This document shows positions 50,001-63,991 of a DNA stretch of 64,000 nucleotides, one piece after another. Numbering within the stretch: position 1 is the first letter of the stretch; every line of letters starts with the position of its first letter. A model generated the notes under the pieces. The model was not told the DNA's origin and did no database searches. It worked only from the letters and a program-made list of their open reading frames with translations. A program made the position numbers and the translations under genes. Origin of the DNA: Anthoceros angustus (taxonomy: Eukaryota > Plantae > Anthocerotophyta); NCBI GenBank assembly GCA_010909165.1, contig VJWM01000068.1:496001-560000 (forward strand), written 5' to 3'.

Positions 50001-51538
50001 GCTCCTCCATGGGTAGAGTTCTTCATTGGTCCACACACATCGGTATGTACAAGCTCCAACGCCTTTCTTTGCTCGACGCTCCAATCCTTGGGAACTTGGT
50101 TCAGAAGCTTTCCCATCATGCACCCTTGGCACAACCGCTGCTCACCAATATCTTTCAAATCCAAGCGGTCACCATTTGTTGATTCTTCATCATCTTGATG
50201 TTGTCCACTCCAAAGGTGCCCCAAGCGTTGATGCCACAAATCTATTGACCCAGTGCTCTTAGGTGAGCTTGACACAAATGTGCAAGCTTGTTGATCACCT
50301 ACTGAGCACACACAACTTGTAGAGATTGCCTTCCCGAACACCTCGAGCTATCACCTTGACATTAGGTGATTACGGTTGCTCGGGTTGGATCGACATCCTC
50401 GAGTTGAACACAATCTCATTCCTGTGGTCGTTGATTCGCCACAAAAGAAGATTCTTCGCAAGACCAGGCACATGGTGCACATCCTTGATTGTACCTTTGG
50501 ATGGTCCTCCAGGGAATTGAACCTTAATCACACCTCTTCCTTTGATCTCGTGTGACCTATTGTCTCCAAGCGCCTCTTTATTCCCCACCGGCATTTCTTC
50601 ATAGCTTGAGAACCAAGGCCGATTGTAGGTGAAGTGTTGAGATGATCCAGAGTCGAGGTATAAACTCTCATCCTTCTTTGATGGGAGCTGTCATACTCTT
50701 TCTACGGTTGAGACAGTGAAAAGATGTTCTTTCTTCTCACTCACTTGATTGGCTTGTGACTCCTTTCTCTTCTTCTTCAAGTTAGCCAACCTTGTCCTAC
50801 AATCCTTGGCATAGTGATTAGGCTTTTTGCAATAATGGCAAGTACCCCACACCTTTTTCTTCGTACCTTTCTCCTTCGATCCTTCTTCATAGTTGGCTTG
50901 TGAAGTCTTCCCACGTGTTGTTCCCTTCTCTGAGAAGAGCACCGAGTCTCCATTCTCTTCTTTCTTGAAGGAATTCTCCAGCTCCTCTTGTAGGAGCAAC
51001 CCAACCACCTCATCCAACGTTGGTGGTTGGTCACTTGGACGCATCGCTACCATCGTTCTGAAGGCCAACACAAATTGCTTGTATGCGGATGGTAAGCTAC
51101 TTAGCAACACCACTATAACCTTTCTTTCAGAAGGTTTGACGTCCGCCGCCTTCATTTGATCCACCAAGTTCTTCAACTTGTTGACCTGTTGTTGAATGGT
51201 GTCACCCTCGACCATCTTGAAGTTGGCGAATTGTTGCTCCAACAGCATCTCATTCACCAAGCTCTTCTTCTCATACGCGGACGTCCACGCCGCTTTTGAT
51301 GTTGCACACTCACTCAATTGCACCTCCAAACTTCTCCACTAGACGTGTCTCCATGCTTGTTGACGCCATACCTAGTTTCCCTACAATTGATCTTGAAGAC
51401 CAAAGTACCTCACTCACATGCACTACAAGATTAGTATCAAGACCTTTCCAATTGCGCACAAGTTCTCACAAACTCTTGGCTAAGAACTATGCAATAGGAC
51501 TTGACTCCAGTATCAATGCAAGGGGCATTCTACAAGGA
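41062..51538 (-). mobile_element. Second copia copy: rearranged, 3' LTR split, 5' LTR and PBS deleted
   Basis: RNase H 41268-41573, RT present several times, integrase 49607-50341, gag 50691-51329. Ends at CATTCTACAAGG just short of the PBS. Confidence 0.92.
42047..44134. mobile_element. 2.1-kb TIR element inserted in copia RT, 4-bp TSD ATTC
   Basis: ATTC|AACAGCGTCTCTCAGCATAGGGTT ... AACCCGTATGCTGAGAAACACTGTT|ATTC. The empty site GGACATTCTCAAC is inferred from copia 1. Partial repeats at about 44685-45868 and 46764-46950. Confidence 0.85.
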
Positions 51539-51738
51539 GAGGGAGAGGAGAGGAGAGGAGAGGAGGAGAGGGAGAGGGAGAGGAGAGGGAGAGGAGAGGA
51601 GAGGGAGGGAGAGGGAGAGGAGAGGGAGGGAGAGGGAGAGGGAGAGGGAGAGGAGAGGAGAGGGAGAGGGAGAGGGAGAGGAGAGGGAGAGGAGAGGGAG
51701 GAGAGGGAGAGGGAGAGGGAGAGGGAGAGGGAGAGGGG
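51537..51738. repeat. Polypurine (GAGAGG-type) tract, expanded MED15-like intron
   Basis: About 200 nt of G/A only. Shorter purine-rich versions in the same intron at about 37320-37465 and 55965-56095. Confidence 0.9.
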
Positions 51739-52110
51739 GACCGACCAACCTGTGTGCTCTTCCACGATAGCATGATGTACAGGTCTCTCATGTCTTGAAA
51801 ATACTTGTCCTTCAAGCCTTGGAGCTAACAGGATTACCATACTTGGATCAGACATCCCGACCAAGGCCATATCAATAAACTAGCTGCGCATCATGAAAGT
51901 TAAGTAATCACCTTGGCCCACACAAAATCATCTTTGATGGAATGCCCTGACACAACAAATTCTCCAAATCCTTGGTCAGTGGTTCTATTTCTTGTAACAG
52001 ATTAGACTCCTTGACCTGAAGCGTTAACCACACCACACCATGGCACATGAGCCATGGCAATTGCCATTCCTCCGTTACCAGGAGTTTGCGCTCCGGCTCT
52101 CATCTCCGGA
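51739..52110 (-). pseudogene. MED15a-like copy E fragment
   Basis: LKDKYFQDMRDLYIMLSWKSTQ; closely parallels copy C (about 37466-37945). Confidence 0.7.
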
Positions 52111-52249
52111 CTCCGAACTACGCATCGTTACAAAACGGATTCTGTACCTGACAAAGAAAAGGGGAGAGAGTACGTGAGACGAAGATGTATCTAGAATAAT
52201 GCAGAGACATTTTCATACTTTTGACATCTTCTTCCTTGCAGAATGTATT

Positions 52250-52433
52250 CTTAGTATGATCCACCATCCAAGCTAAGAAATCCTAAGGAAGATTGAAGAT
52301 AAGCATTGGTGGACATTGGTGGACATATACGAACTCGCTCTGTACGCCGAACTTTGGAACGAAGGCAAGTTAAATTCCCATACTTGAAAGCGTTAGCTCC
52401 CACTTGTTTGCATTTTATTCTTTTCTTATCCAT
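52250..52433 (-). other. Possible BED-finger (hAT) fragment
   Basis: MDKKRIKCKQVG..KYG..RVRICP loosely fits the plant hAT BED pattern. Confidence 0.25.
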
Positions 52434-54429
52434 ATTATTTTATGTGAAAGTTGGTAGGAGGGGTGTCTAAAATAGGCCAATGGGGCTTTTTGAGAGCCAA
52501 ACACATGAGTATACCCCAAGAAGTATTCCAGTTAAGTAATAAGAAATAAATACCTACCAAGTCTCCAATTTAATCACCCGGAGCAGCATGGCGCTCTATA
52601 CTTGAAGCCAATTGATTAAACCCGGAGCAGCATGGCGCTCTATACTTGAAGCCAATTGATTAAATGGAAGCCGTCGCTAAGCTCTAAGGAACAGATAGCT
52701 ATCGGCCCCCGACATTCCTTTATGTCTCTAGATCCAAGGTCATGTTGGCTTTACTTGTAAGTTGGTCACAAATGGTTTTGTATCTTGCACAAGATATTGA
52801 GCATGGAGCGATATGCACAGCATATTATTAAAGCACATTAATTAAATACTAGGTCCCAATGTACCTCGATTCAGTGGAGAAAATGTGCTTCATGAAGGTT
52901 TTTCAACAGTAGATCAATTGATAGTAGTATCCTTTGCAAAATGGGGATGCAACTTTTAGTTGTAACTTTATAATAAATAATATTTTTTATTCATGTAATT
53001 TAATCTTCTAGAGATGAAAAAGAACTTTTCCACCTGAACTTTCCACCTTTTCTTTGCAGACAAAAACATGTGCACTTAGCATATTGAAATAAAATACATG
53101 TAATCTAACCCCCCCGCACTCAAAGAGAGCTGTTCTATGTGATTGTTGAACATGTGTGTCTTATTCGTGTGGACAAAAATTTGTGTACATAGCACATCCA
53201 AGTGAAATACATGTAATCTTATCTCCATGATTGAGAAGAGCTTTTCCACGTGATTGATGAACAAGTGCAGCTTTTCTCTGCAAACAAAAACATGTGCACT
53301 TAGCATCCACAAACAAAAAAACATGTGCACTTATAACCCGAAAACAAATATAGATTACCTGGTACATGGAATATATTGTGAATACCTTTGTCAAGTACTT
53401 GTTTGTATGAAGAAAGTTATCAAAGCACCCCCACAAAATCGCAACAAATGAATATTTTTTGTGATGTCTGTTTCCATGGCCCAAACATATTTAAGCATTT
53501 ATTTTCCAGGCTTGTAGTGAAAAAAGGGTTAGTAGAATTTATATGACACAAATTATATTTAATATTTATTTAAAAATAATTCACCTAGCCTTCAAATTTG
53601 TTTTATTAGATCAATGGTTTAAATGCATCTCGACGATGGAGTGAGTGAACCAAAACACCCTATACTATATAGTAATATGATCTATAAATATAATATAATT
53701 CAGTGTAAATATTCAGAACTTATATATAAAATATACTTTAAAATATATTTTACTAAAATTAGTAAAATATATAAAATATATTTACTAAAATTAGTAAAAT
53801 ATATGAAATATATTTTACTAATTTATTTTTTAACTATATGCACACTATAAAATGCAATTGAAATGCCCAAGGACAGGCTTCCAACAAAACTTCTATTCAT
53901 GAGATTTATTTTCATGGACGAGCTTCCCTCAAAGCTTCTAATCATAAGATCTGCCACATTTGTATGTGCACCAGCAAACTGCAGTACAAATTCATGGTAA
54001 TCAACCCAATAACGATTATTTACGTTATATACTCATCTACGCTGTACTCCATTTACTTAGTCCGTTCCGTTCCCGTTGCCGCCCTTGCAGTTGGACTCTG
54101 GTGCTGAAGGGCATCATGGTGGTTAACGTTGTCGCTGTCATCGATCTCGCCATCCACCTTGTTGCATTTTGGGTGATGCATCGTTCCAAGTGCAGCAGCA
54201 CGATTTGCCGGTAGTGGCACTGGCCACCAACTGCGAGCTTTCCTAGAGCTTCCAACTTCTCGCATGCATCCTCAACCGTGCAGAGGCGGATACTGACTGC
54301 GTTCAAGCAGTCAGTATCCGCCTGAAAAGTATGAAAAGTGAAAAGTGAAAAGTGCCAAACTTTAGGAACTACCCAAACAAGAGTGACAAGAAGGAACGAA
54401 AAGAAGCGAAAACCACTGGATTATGAAGA

Positions 54430-54868
54430 TGGCGACGGCTCATTGACGAGTTGGACGGCAAGCAAGCTTCTGTGCTCCTGGAATGGGATCGGTTGCGCTA
54501 TTGGAACACATGAGTGTTTTACGCGTCTTCTCTTCTCCGTGCCCCTTCCAACTCCCCTTCCAACTTACCTGCTGGAATCTCTAGGGGAGCAGTTTGCAAG
54601 GAAGCTCTGCCGACAATGCCAGCACAAGTCTCGAGGTTTTGAACCTCAGTTTCAACTTGTTCGATGGCAGCATCCCGGCTTCAATCGGGAACCTTGCCAA
54701 GGGTTTAGAGTGCTTAACTTCAAGGGGAACAATTTCGCAGGACGCATTCCCTCGCAGCTTGGCAATCTAACCAACCTTATCCACCTCGACCTATTGGGCA
54801 ATGCGGGGTTGGAAGGGGAGTTCCATTCGGAGCTCAGGGCCTGTTCCACGCTCACTTTCGGAAAGGGG
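54430..54868 (+). pseudogene. LRR fragment, paralog of 31568-31960
   Basis: LTSWTASKLLCSWNGIGC (LRRNT); RVLNFKGNNFAGRIPSQLGNLTNLIHLDLLGNAGLEGEF. Confidence 0.8.
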
Positions 54869-57800
54869 GAGTAGCAGCTTGAATTGGGGTCCCACTGTTC
54901 ATGATGGCTGCGATATGTGGAAAAGCTGATGGATCTGTTCATGAGAAGTGTTGCTGGGGAGGTGGAGCCTGCAAAATCTGTGGGGGAGACACTGTTTGCG
55001 GTGATGACGCTGTGAGCTGTTGTGGCTGCAATTGCCTTTGGACAACAGGACTATGCTTTCCCAGCATCCGCTTCACTTGCTTTGGTTTCAGGTCCTTGGG
55101 CTGTTGAGATGGCAGTTGCTGAGGTGGCAACTGCTGCAGCTGCATATGCCTATGCTGCTGGTGTATCTGGAGACGGTGCTGTTGCTGCTTAGACGCCTCT
55201 TGATTCTTAAGTGATCGCTGCTGCTGAGCTTGCGGCTGATCTTGCTGTTGTTTCAGCAAGTGCGGCTGTTGGTGGACTTCTGTAAGCCGCTGGGACTGCT
55301 GCTGGGTCTCCGCTGCTGCTGGGCTTGCTGGGGTGTTGTTGCTGCACAATGCTTACTTGTCCACTTCCACCCAATACTGCACCAGATAAGTTGCTCTGTC
55401 CAAGAGCAGTCACTCCTCCATTCTGCTAAAGGTGCATCCTGTTTTGTTGTGGCCCATGTCCATCATTTGGCTGTAAGGATGAAAGGTTAGAAGGATGTGA
55501 TGTCGAGACAGGAGTTTGGGTAGGGATGAGCTGCAGTGGTTGTTGTACCTGCTGCCCTTGCTTGTCTGTTGCAGCGATTGTGTCTGGACCAAAGGTGGCA
55601 TTTGCTGACGCTGTACTTGATGTGTTTGCATCATCTGACCTGACACGCCTGGTTGATGCGTCAGGGCATGCTGACCTTGATGTGCTTGTTGACTACCTTG
55701 CTCAGTTTGTTGTGTGTGAGCTGGCTTTCTCCGCCTGAATGTCTCCATGATTCCCATCATTTGCCTGTCAAAGGTCTCCACCTGCCCTAGATTGAATTCC
55801 TTTGGCACTCTCTCTTTTGGCACAATCAAGTAGGTGATCATTTCTCGGAGAACGTCTGTGTAGTGGTGCACCTTCGAGAGGTGTTCTGGCGGCATCACCT
55901 AACATATCCACCAACCCTTGCATCAGGACTCCAGCACCAATTCCTGCACAATTTGCATGTCTCCAAGGGGGAGGGACCGACGAAAGGGGGGAGGGAGGAA
56001 GGGAAGAGCAGGGGAGGGGAGGAGAGGTATATGGAGGGAGAGAGGAGAGGGAAGGACAGGCAGAGGCAAGGAGGGAAGGGAACAGGAGTAGGGGCCCGAC
56101 CCACCTGTGTGCTCTTCTTCGATAGCATGTCGTAAATGTCACGCATGTCATGAAAATGCTTTTCCTTCAAGACTTGGAGCTACACAGGATCGCCATACTT
56201 GGATCAGAAATCCCGACGTGGCCAGTATCCAACTAACCAGCTTTGCATCATGAATGAGAAGTAGATAACCACCTTGGACCACACAAGATCACTTTCATCA
56301 ACAGTGGAATGCCCTGACGAATCGGGTGGGGCTGTCGAACAATTGTCACTTAGAAATTAGACTGACAGGCAAATCTTGCAGCCTATAACATGGACCTACC
56401 ATACCAACCAGAAGAAGCTTCCGGAGGGGCCCGTTGCTGATTGGCCTGCACCTGCTCCTGTTGAAGGAGGCTCTGCCCGACTGACTGTTGATGCCCAACT
56501 GACTGCTGAATTCCCTGCTGTAGCTGGCTAGTTACTGCTGGAGGAATCTGATGTGGCTGCTGCGATTGTTGCTGTGACTGACTTTGTGAAGTGATTGGTT
56601 GTTGAGACGGGTGCAGTGGTTGCTGTGGTTGCTCTTGCTGCTGCTCTCCCTGCAGGATGCGCTGAAATGCATTGTGAGATTGAGCCACTTGGGGAGATTG
56701 ATGCAGGACTGGCTGCGGCGGCTGCTGCTGCTCTAGCAGCGGTACGTTCGGATAATGCTGCTGGCGCTGGCGCTGCTGTTGTTCATGCTGTTGCTGTCGC
56801 TCATTGGTTATTAGCACCTGCAGCTGTTCAAAGACTCGGGTCTGCTCGATTGACTCTCGATACCCATCTGACTGTTGAATTCGCTGCTGCGGCTGGCTGG
56901 TTACTGCTGGAAACATCTGATGTGGCTGCTGAGATTGTTGCTGTGAGTGACTTCGTGAAGTGGTAGGCTGTTGGGACTGCTGCAGCTGTGGTTGCTCTTG
57001 CTGCAGCTCTTCCTTCGGTAATTTGTAAAGCCCCTGCTGCAGCAAGCTCTGATATGCATTGTGGAATTGAGCCACTTGGGCCGATTGAGGCAGGACTGGC
57101 TCCTGATGTAGCAGCGGTACATTCTGATAATGCTGCTGTGGCTGTTGCTGTAACAGCTGCTGTGGCCCTACCGGCTGATGCAGCTGCTCGATATGCCGCT
57201 GCTGTGGCTCTTGTTGATGCTGAAGAAGCTGATGCGCTTGAGCAAGTGTAGCACTCTGTGCAAGATATGGGACAGACGTGGTAGCCAGGGCATTCTGTGG
57301 CTGAGGCTCCTGGGGCTGCTGCTGCTCCAGCTGCCGCTGCCGTAACTTGAGCTGTTGTAGCAGCAGTGACTGCTGATGCTGCTGCTCCAGCTGCCGCTGC
57401 TGTCGCTGACGCTGAAGAAGCAGGTGCGCCTGATCAAGCGAAGTACTCGGCGGAAGATTTGGGACAAACGTGATCGACAGGGCGTTCTGTGCGACCTGAG
57501 CCCCGCCTGCTGACGTCTGAGCTTGGTTCCTCATGAGTAAACCCGTCGGACCTGTCCAACACAGCACAATTCAACCAGAAATAAAGCAACGAGAGACAAA
57601 CAGTAAGCTACTTCAACCACAGCACTCCATGCGCCCTTCCCTCGACCCTCCCCTCTCACCTGGGTTACCACCTTGTGCAATTCCTCCTGCCATTCCTCCG
57701 TCAGCAGAAGGCTGCACTCCGGTTTTCACCACAAGCATCTTCGACGATATCTTGCGCAGATAATCTTGCTGCAACAGTCACAGCACACGGCCAGCATGAG

Positions 57801-58289
57801 AGACAGCACAGCCATAGAAGAGCCGCCCCGTCTGCACTCCCACCTTACCTGATCGGTAGCATCGGTGAAGATTCTCTGCTCAAACCTGACGGCAATATCA
57901 AACAATTCGGTCATCTTCTCCTGTCCTACCAGCTGCGTGTGCCTCAGCAGAATTTCCGCTCTGCAACCAACAAGTCCATTCAGATGAATTCCTCCAGACT
58001 CCGCCATCCACAATTCACTAGTGCACACCAATTCCAGTTCAACGGAAGCCCCTAACTGGCAGTACATAGACAATCCCTAAAATCGAATGAAAACCCTGAG
58101 TACGAAGGTCCCTTATCTTCTGCTCCCCGGCCCTGATGAAGAATCGCACCACCTGCACCAAATTAGACGAAGGCACAGGCTACGAGGGGCGAGCCAAACT
58201 CACATCCTCATCACAATTTTGATGCGTGACTCATTGGTCAGGCCCGACCTCCAATCCCCGCTTCCGTGTCCATCGCCGCCTGCATCCAT
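54852..58289 (-). CDS. MED15: MED15a-like copy B, most complete (exons 58289-58204, 57960-57849, 57768-57660, 57551-56400, 56313-56273, 56179-56105, 55898 onward); C-terminal part disrupted
   Basis: Exons 1-6 splice in frame with GT-AG. KIX IAVRFEQRIFTDATDQQDYLRKISSKML; middle domain LQVLKEKHF..VMPPEHLSKV..RRRKP. Frameshift in the last exon and CAG>TAG at 55428-55426. Confidence 0.75.
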
Positions 58290-59454
58290 GGCGGCCAAAA
58301 TCGGCCGCACGGTAAACTTTCAGCTCAAGGGCCCTTCGCAGCCACCATGCCATTCCTTCATGGCAGCAACTCCGCTGCCTCGCTCTAGAAAGCCGGAAGT
58401 GGCATATTTGAATTTAAATCAGGGCTTGAGAAAGAAGCCTAAGTGAGGTCATTCATTCCTCCCTTCAACTGGGAGTAGTGACATCCCGACATCCCGAGCG
58501 GTGGAACTCCACAGTTAAGCGTCAATTAAGCGTCCTTCGGGTCGGTGCTTGGATGGGTGTCACCCATCCCAGCTTCATGCCTACGGGGCCACCTGTTATT
58601 AAAAACATGCTTTCGTCTCCGCATTGTGGGGTCGCTAATTGATAGTTCTCTAGGGTTCTAAAAACATAAGATGCTACATATGTACTAGGTACTTATCTGA
58701 TGAAACGTTTATAAAACTTAATAAAATTTAAATAGCAGAGTACTTAAAATTTATTAATTCTTCTTAGGATAGGATATATCCCATCACGTTGCCAACTTAA
58801 GCACTAGTAGTAAAGCTCCGAGAGTCCACTTAATATTAAGCCCTAGAATCCCGTTGTTGATTATTAAGCTCTAGAATCCCCATATCAACAAGGTTACAGT
58901 TAAGCCCTATAAATAGTCGCGGAGCGCATGTTGGCCCATGTGCAGAAAGAAGAAGAAGAATATATTATAATCCACTTGAACGGAATTTTCGGTCTTGGGA
59001 CTTGGTACTTGACAACTTGTACCATGGTGTGCCTAAGCTATTTGCACCAAGGGCATCCACTCCTTTTAGAAACCCATACAAATATTGATTGAAGATCGGG
59101 ATGCTTAATAATGGCGTTCTTATAATTGTAATTGTGTGTCCATTTGACTAAATGTGGAACAACTTTTGCTAACGGACTAGCTAGGTGCACACTTACACCC
59201 CGTTATCGTGTAGTCATTGGTTCGATCCGATAGGAATGTTTCGTGCTACCCCACGTCTAATTTATTTTATTCTACCTATTCTGAGTAAAACCTCGACAAA
59301 TCAAACCCCATCGCCGTCAGACCAAACCCTAGACTTTCGAACTCCCACCTAAGGAAGTTCTCGAGGTGTCAGATGCACTCTCTGCGTTCAAAGAATACAG
59401 GCACTGGTTGCTGAAAGATCACAACCAAGAAAAGTTTGGTAGGGCAAGCTGAAT

Positions 59455-61690
59455 CGGAGTGGCACACGCGCCACTCGCAATGCTGGGCATCGGGTGGTCC
59501 ACCAGTCTAGCACCCGATAGAGCGGAATTCCCCTCACCTGCTTGGGCATTTGACACAAGCGATTCGGCCTTCTCACCAATTGATTCTGGCCGTCAGGACC
59601 CACAAATGGGCACGGGCGGCCTAATTCTCTTTATGCCAGAAGACGTACCTGGGGGACAGACCTACTCATCCGACCAACCAGACCTCTCGACGTGCCACCT
59701 TACGGAGTACCAACTGTCTAAGGTTATACCCTCTCACCGCGAGTCCGGTACACCTAATTCCTTCTCATGTGTTGCCAAGCCACCACGGGCAGACACAACC
59801 GACTGTCCGAAGGACTGATGGAGGAGGAAGAAAGGGAAGAAGTGACTAGAGTAGAGGACCTCGACGCCCTGCTCGAGGAAGGAGGCAGCGGAGAGGCAGA
59901 GCCTTCGGGGGCGGCCGAGCAACGGGGAGAACGGGAGGCCCAAGGTTCTCTGGCCATGGCAAATGAGGAGGTACGCTACTTGGACCTACCAGCAATTCAG
60001 TTGGGTCCAGTGTTAGGTAGTCTGTCGGGAAGTGACGAGACGGAGAGGGTAGATGTTTGGGCTCCGAGTTCGGTGGGAACATGCCATCAGACCTGGAGGA
60101 GGTTGCGCAGGCAGAAGAAGAAGACCAACTCCGGCAGCGGGGGACTTCGGAGGTGGAGGTATTGACCCACCTCCCAGGCGAGGGCATGGCGGGGATGGCA
60201 CAAGGGGAAATCCAGAACCCCTGTGTGGGACGCCGAGGAGGACGAGGTGGTGACATCACCCGTCAGAGTGCGTCCGGGGGGGGGGGACCCAATTTTAGGG
60301 AGATAGGGGCCTAGGCTCCTACCGAGAGGCAGGGTCAAGAATAACCCGTCTAGGCCTCCGACAAGGGGTTCTGGCCGGGGCCCATGCCCCAGTCACCATC
60401 GGTGGAGGTAGGCGCGTGCGGAGGTGATCCGGTGTCCCTTTGCGTGCGGGTAGTAGCGAGTAATAAGTAGTTAGGTTAGCTAGCAATGGGTAGCTGACAG
60501 GACTAGCTATGAGCGTCATGAAGGTGCAACCTTGAGTCAGATAAGAAGGAGGTTGCCACCCCGTAATGTGATTCCTTTTTAGTCTAAGTCTGTTCGCAGC
60601 TTGCATTCACATCGGAGTGGCACGCCACTCGCAATCGGGCATCGGGTGGTCCACCGCCTAGCACCGATAGGCGAATTCCCTCACAGCTTGGGCATTTGAC
60701 ACAAGCGATTCGGCCTTCTCACCAATTGATTCGGCGTCGGGACCCACAAATGGGCACGGCGGCCTAATTCTCTTTATGCCAAGACGCACTGGGGATGACC
60801 TACTCATCCGACCAACGGACCTCTCGGTGCCACCTTACGGAGTACCAAGCCTAAGGTTATACCCTCTCACCGAGTCGTACCTAATTCCTTCTCATGTGTT
60901 GCCAAGCCACCACGGCGGAACAACCGTCATTGTCCGAAGGGTGATGGAGGAGGAAGAAAGGAAGAAGTGACTAGAGTAGAGGACCTCACCTTTCGAGGAA
61001 GGAGGCGTGGAGGCGAGCCTTGAGGCCGAGCACAGGAGAAGCAGGAGGCCCAAGGTTCTCTGCCATGGCAAATGAGGAGGTACGCCACTTGGACCTACCA
61101 ATTGATTGGGTCAGGTAGTCATCGGGAAGTGGAGACGGAGAGGGTAGATGTTTGGGCTCAGTTCGGTGGGAACATGCCATCGACTGGAGGAGGTTCTTGG
61201 CAGGAAGAAGACCAACTCCGGGGGACTTGAGGTGGAGGTATTGACCCACCTCCCAGGCGAGGGCATGGCGGATGATGTGAGCAAGGGGAAATCCGAGAAC
61301 CCCTGCTGTGTCGCCAGACGGAGGAGGACGAGGTGGTGACATCACCTCGAGTGCGTCCGGGGACCCAATTTTAGGGAGATAGGGCCTAGGCTCCTCACAA
61401 GGGGCGGTCAAGAATAACCCGTCTAGGCCTCCGGCAAGGGTTGGCGGGGCCCATGCCCCAGTCACCATCGGTGGAGGTAGGCGCGTGCGGAGGTGATCCG
61501 GTGTCCCTTTGCGTGCGGGTAGTAGCGAGTAATAAGTAGTTAGGTTAGCTAGCAATGGGTAGCTGACAGGACTAGCTATGAGCGTCATGAAGGTGCAACC
61601 TTCAGAGCTGTATAAGAAGGGAGGTTGCCACCCCTGTAATGTGATTCCTTTTTTAGTCTAAGTCTGTGTTCGCAGCTTGCATTCACATTG
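59455..61690. repeat. Tandem duplication (1158 + 1078 bp) of unknown, probably TE-derived sequence with an acidic ORF
   Basis: Units bounded by CGGAGTG at 59455, 60613 and 61691. The second copy is rich in small deletions. Confidence 0.85.
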
Positions 61691-62391
61691 CGGAGTGCGG
61701 ACGCGTTGCCTGTGTCACGGAGTGGGCGGATTGTCGTAGAGAAGGAAATCCAGGCTCTGGTGACGAGCTTCCTAATACGTGGTGGGTGGTGCAGGTTCTG
61801 GAGAGCTCCGGACCTGTCTGTTCCGGAGTAAGGAGCCGAAGCTATGTACGCCTTGAGAGGTCGCTGGAACGAAGAAGGCAGAGTTGAGAAGTGGACAACC
61901 TCGTCCCCACCTAGCATAGAGGTGACCCTTCGAAATGCCGCATAAGACTTGCACCCCGCCCCCGCGCCCCCCCCCACCCCGGAGTGTGGCGCACCAAGCT
62001 AACCTAAAGTGGAGGTAAAAGAAGGATTGAAGATATTTTGTTTGATGTACTAAGTGCATATGTTTTTGTTCGCAAACAAAAAGGTGCACATATTGAAAAG
62101 CTCTTTTGATCTCCGGGAGATTAAAATACATGAATCAAATTATTTTTTATTTTTTATTAATTTACAACGAGAACTTACATCCCCATTTTGCAAAGAATGG
62201 TTTGGATAACACGATCAATTAAATCCACTTTTGGAAATCTTCGTGAGAAACCTTTTAGCACATTTTGTCCAATTAATCCACCTACTTAGAACATCACCAT
62301 TTCCGGCTTTCTAGAACGAGGCAGCGGAGTTGGTGCTGTGAAGAAATGGCAGTGTGACTGGCGAAGGCTTTGAGCTGAAGGTTCGCTCGCT

Positions 62392-63958
62392 ATGGATGCA
62401 TGCGGGAATGGAAAGGGAAGCGAGGATTGGAGGTCGCGCATGGGCGAGGAGTCACATAGCCACATCAGAATGGAGAAGCTGAATAGGATGTGAGTTTGGC
62501 TCGCACCTATAGCTTGTACCTTCATGTAATTTGGTGCAGGTGGTGCGATTCTTCATCAGGGCCGGGGAGCAGAAGATGGTGTGCACTAGTGAATTGTGGA
62601 TGGAGGAGTCTGGAGGAATTCATCTGAATGGACTTGTTGGTTGCAGAGCGCACAATCTGCTGAAGCACAGGCCAGTTGAAGATGAGCAGGGGATGAACGT
62701 ATTGTTTGAAAACGCGGTTGAGTGGGAGCAGATTATCTTCGACGTTGCTATCAGTCTGGTAAGGTGGGAGTGTAGACGGGGCGGCTCTTCTATAGTTGTG
62801 CTGTCTTTCATGCTGGCCATGTCCTGTGTCTGTTGCAGCATGATTATCTCGTCACAGCAAGTTTGAATGCAAGTGAGGTGTTTACCAAAGCGCAGGGTCC
62901 TGCTGACGGAGAACGTGAGCCAGGTGAGGTGAGAGGGGGAGGCTATAGGGAAGGGCTCATGGTGTGGTGTGGTTAAATAGCTATGGGTGTTAATTGTGCT
63001 GTGTTGGACAGAACCGACGAGTCTTCCGACAACCAGCTTTCAACCGTCAGGAGGCGGGGCTCAGGCTGCACAGAATGCAGTGGGCACCACGTCTATGTCA
63101 TGTCTTGCACTTGCTCAGGCGCATCAGCAGGGGCATATCGAGCAGCAGCCACAGCAGCCGCAACTCCCATCTAATTCTCAGGTCCTCTCGCAGCATCAGC
63201 ACCAGCACCAGCAGGGGCAGCACCAGCAGTGGCAGCACCAGCAGGGGCAGCACCAGCAGGGGCAGCACCAGCAGGGGCAGCACCAGCAGGGGCAGCACCA
63301 GCAGGGGCAGAACCAGCAGGGGCAGCACCAGCAGGGGCAGCACCAGCAGGGGCAGCACCAGCAGGGGCAGCAACAGCAGGGGCAGCAACAGCAGGGGCAG
63401 CACCAGCAGGGGCAGAACCAGCAGGGGCAGCACCAGCAGGGGCAGCACCAGCAGGGGCAGCACCAGCAGGGGCAGCACCAGCAGGGGCAGAACCAGCAGG
63501 GGCAGCACCAGCAGGGGCAGCACCAGCAGGGGCAGCACCAGCAGGGGCAGCACCAGCAGGGGCAGCACCAGCAGGGGCAGCACCAGCAGGGGCAGCACCA
63601 GCAGTGGCAGCACCAGCAGTGGCAGCACCAGCAGTGGCAGCACCAGCAGGGGCAGGACCAGCAAGGGCAGCACCAGCAGTGGCAGCACCAGCAGGGGCAG
63701 CACCAGCAGGGGCAGCACCAGCAGGGGCAGCACCAGCAGGGGCAGCACCGGCAGTGGCAGCACCAGCAGGGGCAGCACCAGCAGGGGCAATACCAGCAGG
63801 GGCGGCACCAGCAGTGGCAGCACCAGCAGGGGCAATACCAGCAGGAGCAGCGCCAGCAGTGGCAGCACCAGCACGGGCAGCAACAGCAGCGGCAGCACCA
63901 GCAGGGGCAACACCAGCAGGGGCAGCAACAGCAGCGGCAGCACCAGCAGGCAGCACCC

Positions 63959-63991
<33 letters not shown>

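Noticed and set aside
51296-51870. Glu/Arg/Gly- and Ser/Pro/Leu-rich ORFs
   Set aside because: Translations of the GA microsatellite, which lies in an intron.
53960-54306. Weak PPR-like fragment on the minus strand
   Set aside because: No complete PPR motif could be read.
58440-62000. Complete Ty3/gypsy element
   Set aside because: No paired LTRs, PBS, TSD or RT/INT motifs found; only a shared repeat and a duplication are supported.
63098-63956. Minus-strand (VLPLL)n and (AGAAP)n ORFs
   Set aside because: Antisense shadows of the plus-strand (QHQQG)n exon.
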